Assembly: GCF_032062105.1 (NCBI RefSeq)
Contig: NW_026940735.1
Span: 124,001-188,000 of the forward strand
From: Saccostrea cucullata
Taxonomy: Eukaryota
Direction: 5' to 3'
Length of the DNA: 64,000 nucleotides
The notes under the pieces were generated by a model, which was given only the letters and a program-made list of their open reading frames with translations, was not told where the DNA came from and did no database searches. Made by a program: the position numbers and the translations under genes. Each line of letters begins with the position of its first letter. The first letter of the stretch is position 1. Positions 34,801 through 46,794 of the stretch are shown piece by piece.

Positions 34801-37036
34801 TTAATTATACACTAACTTGATGGTGCCAACTAAGAAAAATGAAACATTAATAAACTTTTAAAGAAATAACATGAAATTGGCATTTTACGGAAAAATATCC
34901 ACCTCGTTAAAAATATGTAAAATTTTCTAAACTCGACAATTTCATGAAACTTTTTAAATGATAGACTGATTATTCAAAATCTTCTATTTCAAAATCGTTC
35001 TCAAAAATATTTTTAAAAGAACTTTTTTCGCGATATTTTGGCAGAAGCACATGCATATAGAAAATCAGCCCTTGCCCAGTAAATCGCATGATGTGTGTAT
35101 AGAAGAATATGCCAATCTTTGGGCATTAGATTCCATAGTTAAATGTATAATTTTACACGAGCAACTTTTCAAAATCTGATTTCTTAAAAGCTATTGCTTT
35201 CATCTAAAGTTGCCTTTACTTTTGTCACTTACCAGAAAAACCAACCGCTGTGTTACATTGAGAGAAGTCAAATTCAATCTGTTGTCTATTGCTACAACCA
35301 TCTGCTGAACCATTGGCGGGATCACATGACGTCATCGTTCCGTTGTCATGGATGTAAGTAAAATTGTGTAAGAGAAGGGAGGGACAATTCTGTCTGGCAG
35401 ATGACTCCCTACCTTTAAAATTTGAGATTTAAATATGGATCCTTTTTAAAGAGTTCATGAATCAAATAGATAAAGTCTAATTATTCCTAATGCTTACTTT
35501 GATATTAATTGTTAAAAATATCAGAAGGCAACGTGCTTTCAACAATATGCATTTTTGCCGTATCCTTCCCTTTTTAATAAAATAATTTGATATGATAACA
35601 TTTTCTCTTGAAAATTTTAATTTGTTTGTGGATGGGCTTAAATTTCCCTCTCACATTTCCTGGTAGGCTCATTGATTCATTTTTGGCTTCTCAGTTAGTA
35701 GATTTTATTCTTTTAAACAAATAATCTTAATTAATACACTTTTATAAGCATAGTTCCTATTTCGGGATTCAAAAACATATTGGTATCAAATTACAATATA
35801 CATATGGGAATTTAAATATCTTTTTGTAGGATGTTCAAATAGAATTAACTTTTACATATCATTTAATTAAACAGCAATTTTAAATAAAATTAGATCTGTT
35901 CACTCTTAATTTTTTAGCGTGTAATTTAAAGGTATTTTATATTTAAACCGAAGTGAATGGGATTTTATTATTACAATCGTACTTACCTTTCCTCACGATA
36001 ACGTGGAATTCGTTAGTTTCTGGTGGATTTGTCGCTGAGCACGCTGTTTCAATAGTCAAGTTAGTGTCGGAGGCTTCGGCGTATAATCTTTGATTTGCAA
36101 TGTTAGTCTGTTCATCTAAATTAATAAATGAAACAAAAATATGCAGAACTCTAGCAGTATTTGCCTTTTGAAATACTAGTATATCTAAATATTTTCACTT
36201 GAAATGTAAAAAGGTATCGATGTTTTATAACCGTTCTTTTTTAGTGGTACTTGAATTATATATACCTGCTAAAACATAATACAGATAGGCATCATCCGAT
36301 ATTTTGGTCCATCTGATACATCGAAACATAAAAATTGGAATTGAAAATATTCCGAAATTTGTCAGTGATCTGAAATGAAATTGTGAAAACGGGCGTTAGT
36401 CCTCACTATGTATTTGTATTATTTACAGAAAAAAGAGCAACATAGAATTGTAATACACATTTACCTTATCCATTTTATAATTTACAAAATGAATTACAAA
36501 CGATTTTTTACAATTGTACCTAAACAACAGTTTATTGTCCACTTGGCTCTCCTCAAGACAGACCCAATTCGTCCCTTCTGTGCTGTACGCCTGGATCTTC
36601 CATCCCAATACTGACTGGGAACTGTTGTCAAATGTGACATCATTGTCAGGAAAGGCACTGTCATACCACACTCCGGCCCACGGCAGAACACAAGACCCGT
36701 CTGTTCAAGTACATTATATCAACTAGACAGACAGACAGACTAACCCGGCTCAGGGCCACTATATCATCAATAGAGAGACAGAAAGACGGACTAACCTGTG
36801 GGTCACTAGTGTCATTTAGAAAACAACAATTTGTTCAATTCTAAACTTGGGCTGTATATGAATTTTGTGATGTATACCAGTTTTAACATGAAAATATTTT
36901 CAATATCTGGAGAATATCAGATATTTCAAGACAAGTTTGCAACCATCACCTTGTGATGTAAGTATTTACCTGAAAATCCCAGGAAAGCACCGAAAAAGAG
37001 TATGGTGATAAATGCATATTCTTCTTTCAAATGCAT
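28886..37036 (-). CDS. Uncharacterised single-pass type I membrane protein: Cys-rich ectodomain (DUF7042/7044-like), long charged cytoplasmic tail
   Basis: 12 phase-consistent exons: 37036-36970, 36700-36520, 36369-36266, 36115-35987, 35412-35233, 32879-32767, 32639-32519, 32133-31894 (TM VIIAAVAVSAVILLIILIVIVIYCY then KKSRKRK), 31371-31306, 31215-29782, 29495-29220, 28962-28886. The domain name is from motif recall only. Confidence 0.85.
31526..31730. mobile_element. TA-flanked MITE
   Basis: TA-CTGTATGYGTAC...GTACGCATACAG-TA with repeated TTRGCG subterminal motifs. Confidence 0.75.
33099..33309 (+). mobile_element. Short non-autonomous Helentron-type (HINE) element
   Basis: AACAAGATGTGTTTGTGAAACAC start, GACA microsatellite, 3' hairpin, then ATAAAAA. 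Confidence 0.75.
33387..33701. mobile_element. Kolobok-like MITE
   Basis: Perfect 17-bp TIR GGTCAGACGACACGTTC; TTAA TSD. Confidence 0.85.
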
Positions 37037-37516
37037 AGTCTACAAACACTGAACTGTATAATCTATCAAACATGTTTTCAAGAGACAAACACTTTTCACA
37101 CTTTAATTCATACATTAGTAATCATGCCTTTGTTTTCAATGAGCTATGAATGGATTTGCGAATATACAAGTTTTAAAAATCTTCCTTTCTTTTGTGGAAA
37201 TTTGATCGGTCTTTTAAAAGGCTATCATTTTTCAAATTCTATAAATTAAAGATCTGGAATGTATAGGTCTGTAGTATTTAAGTAAAAAGGCACAGATATA
37301 CTGAATCATCTTCAAAAATTCCTTTCTATATTCAACAAATTAAATACAGTGTTGGAATTTTTCAAAATGATTGACAGTTACGTTTCACTATTTCATTAAT
37401 GTATTGTAAGGAAGTGGACGATAGATAATTCTGAACATGACTGATAGCACTTCACAACACCTGCAATGTCCGATATTCCTTACAATACACCTGAACATCA
37501 TGTCCGACCGATAATA

Positions 37517-39092
37517 ATGCAGTCCTTAATACTAACTATAATTCTACTTATCTCTTCGTCTTTTTCTGATTTCCTATTAAATCCCAGTTTAGAACTAAAT
37601 GGGAGCGCCATAGCACATGGTCCAGAAAAGAAGCCACCAGAAACTATACCGGACACCTCAGATAAACTTTGTTCAAAACCAACTGCAGTATATAAATCTG
37701 ATGGACCCATTAATATCTATCTTAATGGTGGACTCATCCAAAACGGTAGGTCAACATGGAAAATAGTTCAGAACACAAGAAAAGAAAGTATAAATTTACA
37801 ATAAAATATCGTCAGTAGATGTCAATGCTTACAGAAAAGGGAGGTTTACTAAACTTTACAACTGATCAGAAGACATGCAACTGTCCCCCTGGGCCTCCCG
37901 GCCCTAGGGGTGAGAGAGGACCCCAGGGTCCTAGAGGAAATCCAGGATCTCCCGGCGGCTCAACCAATGCAACACGAGAGGGGGGGGACAAATTCGTGGC
38001 CTTCTCTGTGGTAATGGAAGCAAGACCTTTCGGTCCATACAGCTATTACAAGGTACGTATAGAAAAAAATCATTTAATAATTATTTTAGGGAAGTCAGGA
38101 ATAAGATACATGTAAAAAGAAGAACAAGTACTAAAAGAGTTGCAGTTTTTATTCATTTTAAAAAGGAGCTGACACGAAAAAGATTTCCCAAGGCTCAAAG
38201 GCTGTTAGTGCCGAGTATAGATATAATCTGAGTGAAAACTGAAAAAAGGGAACAAAAACACAAACTTAAAGGTGCTACTTCGCCTTTCTAAAACATTATT
38301 GAACAAGAGGCCCAGGGGCCACAGCGTTCACCTGAGCACATCGGCTAGGAAAAAAGCACATATCAGATCAGAACTGAAAGTTTACTGAGGTGGGGTGGGG
38401 GTGGGGGGGGGTGGGCTTGAATTTTAACCCCCTAGGGGATCATAATTTGAACGAACTAGAATCTACACTACCTGAGGATGATTCCATACAAATATTACTA
38501 ATCATGGCTTTGAAATACTTGAAAAGAAGATTTTAAAAGATTTTTCCTATATATTCCTATGTAAAACTTTGATCGGCCATTTTGGCCCCACCCTACCCCT
38601 GGGGGTCATGATTTGAACAAAATTGAATCTACACTACCTGAGGATGATTCCACAGGAGTTTCATCTTTCCTGGCCCAGTGGTTCTGGAGAAGAAGATTTT
38701 CAAAGATTTTTCCTATATATTCCTATGTAAAACTTTGATCGACAATTTTGGCCCCGCCCTACCCTCGGGGGTCATGTCTTAAGCAAACTTGAATCTACAC
38801 TACCTGAGGATGATTCCAAATGAGTTTCATCTTTCCTGGCCCAGTGGTTCTTGAAAAGAAGATTTTTAAAGATTTTTCCTATATATTCCTATGTAAAACC
38901 TTGATCGGCCATTTTGGCCCCACCCTAGCCCCGGGGGTCATGATTTGAACAAACTTGAATCTACACTACCTGAGGATGATTCCATATGAGTTTCATCTTT
39001 CCTGGCCCAGTGGTTCTTGAGAAGAAGATTTTTTAAAAATGCCATTATTTTTTCTCTAATTCATAATTATCTCCCCTTGGAAAAGGGCATGA

Positions 39093-39133
<41 letters not shown>

Positions 39134-39174
39134 ACTTTGTGGCAAGTTTGGTTGAAATTGGCCCAGCGGATCTT

Positions 39175-39210
<36 letters not shown>

Positions 39211-39232
39211 GACAACAACAACGACAGACGAT

Positions 39233-39288
<56 letters not shown>

Positions 39289-42200
39289 GTGTAGCGGCCT
39301 ACAGAAAAATACATTGTACCTAAATCTTTCACATGTGAGACAAGCTTGAAATTAAGAACACACACAGTATATGCAAGATAAAACTGTTTCTATGATCATC
39401 ATTGGCCATGGCAATATCTGCCATTTTCAAAATGGTGTCGCTGAAAAAAAGGTTGTATTTCTTTACCGCTTTGACTCGTGTATTTACAATGTACTTAAGT
39501 ATTTCTATATAATGGGCATTTTATGAAATATTTTGGATAAAACTAAGCTTTGTACAAGAATCTTTATAGTAAATACCTTACAACTAAAGCGGAATGAAGT
39601 TTTATAATTCATTGAATCATTCCGCAATGCTCATGTCTCTATATAAAGTGTATAATGATTGACAAGAGAGAAATACCTTTCCAAGGAATAAGGCAATGGG
39701 AAGGCATGGTGCATCCAGGGACATGAATGCAAACGGAGAATTTTTGGCTGATCTCTTGAAATAAATGCACTAATTATCAGAGGGTCCATATTCCAACATA
39801 TACTTATATGGGTGTTGAAAAACTGAAAGACATGAATCGAAGAAAAATTTCAAATACAGCTAAAGAATCAAGTTCAAAGATAAGAATATGTACCACAGAA
39901 AACCTTGATAAATACAGACAATAAATTTTCAGATGCGAAAATGCTCAGAATTGCACATGCCTAATAATTGCACTTGTAGACTATAAATTGTTACTGAACA
40001 GAGATAGAATGGAAATAGCAATAACCTTTTGAAAAAGGTTTTCATATCATCAATAGATAGAGTTTACTTTGAAATCGTAAGATGGTTCGTCTACGTCATC
40101 ACGACGGGATTTACAGGTCAACAGGGAATGCTCACTCCTTCTAGACACCTGATCCCACTTCTGGAATTTCCAGGGTTTGTGTTCTGTGTCCTCGTCATAG
40201 ATTTATATAGTCTGAATGTGTATTTCTTTGAGATCGATCACAGTTCATTAATCGTCCCCTTTTTCACATGGAATCGACAAGAAAAAGACCCTGTACAGGT
40301 CACCAGTTCATTTAATTTATTAATTATATCAAATGCACTGTAACTGACAGAATCTTTTTAATTACTTAGAGGTTTAAAGTATGCTGGAGATTCTCACTGA
40401 CAAATTTACATAGTCATCAGAGACCATTTCTTCCGACTAACTCTTGGAATTCCGATGGGTATTAATTGGGCTCTTTTCTTAGCTTACTTGATTCCATGTT
40501 GTTATGAAGAGAATTAATTCAAAACTTCAGCATGGGAAGAAGAGAAAACTGCCCTGACCTTCAACTCGACTTTCAGATAATTATATCGACGATGTTTTGT
40601 CAATTAACAATAGTTACTTCCATTCATATGTCCAAACATTATACTAGTATCCCAGTAAACTCGTAATAAAGGTAACATAGAGTCTACCATATCTGTTCAT
40701 TTTGCGCTACATGCCTTTAGTTTCAATTTTACACGTACATCTAGTAAATATTTTTTCTCGCTCGGGAAAAATAAATTTAGATATTTTTCTTCACCTTTGC
40801 AATTGTTCCCAAAATCTTCGCTCTAATGATGTTCGCTTGGGAATTTTGAAAGTCTTATTAGAGTAACATGGTGACAGTATCTGATGCCTTAGAACATGTA
40901 AAATAAGATCTGAAAATATTTCATCTTACTTACGAGAGAATTAAAATGTCAGATGCAAGAATTTTCTTTTCAGTGCCAGACAGACAGCCAACTTCATAGT
41001 TGCAAGAAAATAAAATATTTAAAAGTTCGTGCGAACAAAGAGATTCACACATGGAACAAATTGAATGGAAGTGTTAGAAATAGATGGATTTTAGTTTCAG
41101 TTAGAGTATTTTATTTTTATACATGAATCATTCTTTATTGCATTAAATATTATGAACAAAGCTTTAATATAATTTTCCAAAGCACCGAGTCGCCAGCATA
41201 ATACACGTGTAGAGGTATCGACGATCGATCACAGTTTTGTCGTTTTAAAAGCAATTTAAAAGCCCTTCAATTGTCAGTTTTCATCTGGTAATATTTCACT
41301 CTCAGAAAATGATACGTTTTACTAGAAAACAATTTTTCAATACTTGTTATTTTTTAATACCACAAACGGAGTGTGCTTCGAATAAAATGACATAAAAAAA
41401 AAAAAAAAAAACACTTTTTACTCACACTGAGATGGTCTTAGGAACGATCAAGGCTTGGAAGCGGACACTCGTTGCGTAAATCAAAGGAATTCCCATCAGA
41501 CTGATATACTAGAAGTTTGCAAAAATTACAAAACTATAACAGCACTATCCAAGGAATACACTGCCACTGGTGTGTTTTTTAATCTCTATAATTTTAGATA
41601 ATACAGTTTGACAATGTGATCAGTAACGTGGGGTCGGGGTATGACGAGGAGAAGGGAGTGTTTACGGCGCCGATCCCAGGATACTATCAGTTCAACGTCC
41701 ACGCCCATACCATTGTACACAAACAGGCGGAAATCAGAGTTATGGTAACATTCATTGTACAAAAACCGCATCAACCAAAATTTTGTGATTCATAAAAAAA
41801 AAAACATCCAATGAATGCACAACTTTCTATCATTGACATGTAATTTTTTTTCTTATAACCAGGGATCAACATGTTCATGTATATACATCTCTGTAGTCTG
41901 AAATATCCGACGATTCCCAGGCTCTTTTACGATTTTAGTATTTTATCGGCATGCAGATTACGATTCTGACAATTTTACGTGCCAGGTTTTCCTGGCGCGT
42001 ATTTCAAAATCGTAAAATAAAGCCTGGAAAAACCTCATTTTTAAGAAATAGGTTAACAATTCTGAGTATTTTTTTTTTCATTCAGTTCAACAGCGAAAGA
42101 GTGGTCTCTGTATGGGCTGACGGCAGGATTGGAGAAGGGGAGAAAAAAGGCGACCAAAACCCCCCCATGAGTCCCTTCATGCCAGCAACCAATCAGAAAC

Positions 42201-42361
42201 CCTCCCCACAACAAGTACACGAAATGGGATCTTCCAACAGCTTCATCATCAGGGTTAACCGGGGTCAAAAGGTCTACTGTCTCCTACCAGCCAATCAAGT
42301 GCTTGCTGGACTGGGATTTTCTTCATTTTCCGGACATTTACTAAGCGTGGCAAATGACTGA
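37517..42361 (+). CDS. C1q-domain-containing protein with a short collagen stalk
   Basis: Exons 37517-37745 (signal MQSLILTIILLISSSFS), 37835-38052 (CNCPP-GPPGPRGERGPQGPRGNPGSPG, VAFSV), 41598-41744 (FDNVISNVGSGYDEEKGVFTAPIPGYYQF), 42086-42361 (SSNSFII..FSSFSGHLL). Phases consistent. Confidence 0.92.
38302..39288 (+). mobile_element. HINE/Helentron-type element carrying ~4.5 copies of a 166-bp satellite (Cg170-like)
   Basis: AACAAGAGGCCC...TCACCTGAG start; TTGAATCTACACTACCTGAGG at 38623, 38789 and 38955; 3' hairpin TGAGCCTTCGGCTCAGGTGAGCTAAAAA. Confidence 0.9.
40040..40700 (+). mobile_element. Naiad remnants: 3' end followed by an RT fragment
   Basis: 3' motif at ~40100-40165; GIPMG and YIDDVLSINN at 40445-40630. 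Confidence 0.75.
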
Positions 42362-43566
42362 CGCTAAAGTACATGTATTGTACATAGGAATAAGGTGGAA
42401 TCAAAGAAAAAAATTTTGTAGTGCACTTTACAAGTCTCTGATATATTAATCCCATAATAAAGAATCCAATTTAAATTCAGTTGTTATACAATTAATTCAT
42501 ATCCCTAGACTCTTTCAAGAAAATACTTATGACTACAAATGACTTCTTTAATTAGTCATACAGGAGTTTGAGCAATTTCTTATGGAGAAAACTTTTTACA
42601 CAAACATAAATGCTTACTTTGAAGGAAACTTGTATTCTTGCGATTTCATGATTTCTTGTCCATAGCCTTTCTCACTTTAGAGAATTGTCCCATTATCTGA
42701 AAGATCTTTATATGCTATGCCCTATAAATTCCAAATTAGGAAAGTCTTTAAAAATGAACAAAAATGTATATATTATGAGAAATATGAGGCATTAACAAAA
42801 CTTGTATTACACTTTGGAAGTAGATTAACAGTAATGTTATTGTTTCAGCAATACCACAAAATATTTGGATTTTCTCAAATTTTAAAGAAAGAGGACAAGA
42901 TTTTTTTTTCAATTTTGAGTGAAGAATTTCATTTATTTTGTAATTCTACATGATATAAAAATATCTATCAGGGGCAGACTTTTGATGGCAGAGCTTTCAA
43001 TCAAAACACTTTTTTATAATGTCAAATATAGCATATTGATGTCATATTAATTTAGAACATTATTATAGATTTGTCCATCAAAGTTTGGGGCAGATATTGG
43101 TCATTAAATAAAATAGTCATTTTACTTACAAAACTTTAAAGCATACACATTTATCCTACATAAAAAATTACATGAATTATATGACTGTACTATAATCAGC
43201 AAATAATCAAATATTTTGTGGAGATTTGATTTATTATATCAAATAACCAAACAGGCTGAGGCAGTCTGTACATAATGTATGTCAACAACAAATATGATTC
43301 ATTAATGTAAAAATTATAAGCTAGCTTCAGTGTATCAATATTTCATCACTCTCTTTTAAATGATGGAATAATTTGTCTCTGTGGACATCATAATCAACAT
43401 TATGAATCCCTTGAATCAACTTCTCTGTTTTTGTATAGGAATAAAACAAGTTTTTCAATCAGTCGTTACTATAGCACTAAAGCAAGTTTTTAATCAGCCC
43501 TTTGGAAAAACTAGGATGCTATGATACACAAGTAAAAGAAGTTATTTATGCACATTCCTGTAAATG

Positions 43567-46500
43567 TCATCGCTGACTGAATGAGGATGCTTCCAAGTTC
43601 TGCTCCATTAATTGAACATCCTGAGCATCTTCTTTAATAATGTCCACAAGATGCTTCAGACCATCCTGTTGTTGTTTTAAAAGCTGAAAAAAAATTCAGA
43701 AGAAATCGATATATTTTACTCTCCTATATACACTTGTAACAGAAATGACACATTCATTTAACAGTATCATTAATCCAAGAATTCAACCAATATTGAGCCC
43801 AACATTGTTACCACCCTCTGTTTGGAACTTAGTAAAGTTGTACTTCTGTACATTGAACATAAATATCTTGAATACCATGCTTACGTTCAAAACATTTGAA
43901 AGTCCCAACCCTCTATTCTTTAGGAATATTACTTTGATTATTTCAATTGTTCAGATACATGTATATTGAAGCTCTCTCTTGGGCCCAAAGAGTTCAAGAT
44001 ATTGGTTTGATTGTACTACATGTATTACAGTTGCACCAATAAATAGAGAATAAACTGTTAAGTCAATGATAGTCCACAGAATGGTATAGTGAGCTGATCT
44101 GACTCCATATCGTTTCACAAATCACGAAGATGTTAATGGACCTGTTCCTGACAGTATAAATATGAGGAAGTAAACCAACCTGTTTGATTTCCTGTTGTAG
44201 ACCTGGGTCCATTTGGTAGCTGACGTCGGCTCTTGTTGCTGCTAAGTGATTCTGCATTCGAATCTGGGACATTAGTTCATTCAACCTACCCTGTAAAGAT
44301 CAATGATGAAATTATCATTAAAATACCAGTAAATTGATACAGGTTACCCCATTCAAAAACTGACTATCATTTTAAACAAGAGATGTTTGTAAAACACTTA
44401 TGCCCCTCTCACCCAAATAATTGAAATGTTTCTAAGCCCAAGGGACATGACTCTGTCAAAAATTGCTGAATTGTACCCAAAACACAAATCAAGCTAGATA
44501 TTCTTATGATAAATTTATATACCAAAGTTCATAACAGTATGTGCAACCTCTGCAAAGAAAATGAATGAAAACTGTTGGTGGACCGACACACAGACAGAAA
44601 GACTGACAGCAGCAAAGCAATATGCCCTTCCTTCTTTGATGGGGGGATAATATAAATTCATCTTTATTTAAAAACAGTTGTACCTTAAACTGTGTAGGAT
44701 GGTTGAGTTCCAGTTGAATTTTCTCCAGCTGCACACGTAACTGCTCTTCTTCTGGTTGAATGGAATATCCCATTTTTCTTGAAATCTCTTGTTTTACAAC
44801 CACCTGTTAATTAAATTTTTTGGTCTGAAAATATTTACTTTACAGCATAATGCATGCATCTACATAATAACGAGAAAAAGGTGTTCTTATAGGACAATAG
44901 ACAGCGGTAACAATTGTTGGGGGAAAACATTTTTTTTCTTATGACCTTAAGCTTTGCTTTGGCAATTAAAAGTACACTTGTACATGTAGGTATATGTATT
45001 TCAAATCAGGGTTCGAAATTAACTCATGTCCTTAAGTCCGAGACAAGTAAAAATTGTGTCGGACTAGCAGACTTTGTAAGGTACTAGTCCGCACTGACTA
45101 GTGCAAATCCGGATATAAGTCTTGAATCGGTTCACATACTATTAATTTTATTTCCGAGTCTCTCAGACGTTTGAAAGTAAACAAGAAATGCAACTGCGAT
45201 AAAGCGTTTTTACATTGTGATCTGAATAGACAAAGACATGACCATGTGGAGATTTCTGAAAGTTGAAAACCCTCTTTCTTTCACCACATGCTTCCAACTG
45301 ATGTGTGGGTACATATTTCATTGAATAAATTGATAAAAATTTAAGATTTGTGTTATTCTTTTTACATACTAGTGGGCGGACTAGTGGAATAGTTTGCGGA
45401 CTAGTGGAAGCTAGAAGTCACTAGTCCGCGCGGACTAGTGCTAAAAAACTTAATTTCGAACCCTGCAAATATTGATACTATCATAAAATTGTCAATTTTG
45501 TGCAAACTGAAAACCAAGCCTCTTAATCTCATGTTGCAGTTTGAAGGTCTTAAGGTTTGTTCACAAAAATATTTATGCTGGCACCAACTGGTTTTACTAC
45601 ACAAAATTCTTATAAAGAACAATACAAGGAAGAATCTGTATTCCACCCATATCAATGTAAGCCTCCTCATTTCTTATCTTGTAATATTCCATTTACATTA
45701 ACCATAAATTTTTGGTGTTTTACCTATTACATTATTTTATCCATAATCATCACCTGTTACATTACTTTAATTACTCGTCTTGTAATAATCACCTGTGACA
45801 TTATTTTACATTATAAGCACCTTTAACTATATCTAACCTGTAATAGTCACCTAAAACTTTATTTTACCTGTAATTATCACCTGTAACTTTATTTTGCCTG
45901 TAACTATCACTTCTTACTTTATTTTACCTGTAATACTCACATGTAGCTTTATTTTACCTGTGATAATCACCCATAATCAATTTTACCTGTAACTATCACC
46001 TATAACTTTATATACCTGTAAAGCCAACCTGTAACATTATTTCACCTTCTATAATCACTTGTAATTTTATTTTACCTGTAATACCCATCTGAAACATTAC
46101 TTTACCAGTAAAAATTAATCCATAACTTTACTTACCTGTAATAATCGGTGACTTAGCTGGATGTGTTTCCTCTTGTACTCCTCTAACTTTGCCAGCATGT
46201 TCACCTGTTTCTGCTGTAAGGATTCCAAGTCCTCAGCAATTATCTTTAATAAAGAAAAATAAACATATAAATGTTATCCATTCCGAGTCAGAAACAGAAA
46301 ATACACCAGGAAGTATTACAAATCAAGTCACCAGCTTTGAAGCATGAGGAAAAAATATCCATTCAATATGCATTTACATGTACATACATTACAGAATTTA
46401 CATTTGATTAATTGGGATTAATGTGGATCCACAAGAAAAGAACTAAATCAGATGAGTTTTACACATGCACTTTCTTTTATCATTAAAATCAGTCAATTCA

Positions 46501-46755
46501 CATTAATCCTTAATTCAGCTATGTACTGAAAGAATTTGTTCTATGATTACAATGAATAAAAAAAAAAAAATGTGTAATAAAGAGTATTGCACTTTCTTCA
46601 CATGCATCAAGTATCATAACTTTTTCATTCAAAATACAAAATATCATGAGGCAACTTTTGAGAGACAAACTTTTATCATAATTATCACTGCACTAAACTG
46701 CATTTAAAATAGAATTCATTCTGTGAGAAAAAACTAAGAAAATCATAAGACCGTG

Positions 46756-46794
<39 letters not shown>

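Noticed and set aside
37466-38115. Two separate genes, or a frameshift
   Set aside because: An 89-nt GT-AG intron (37746-37834) joins the two frames.
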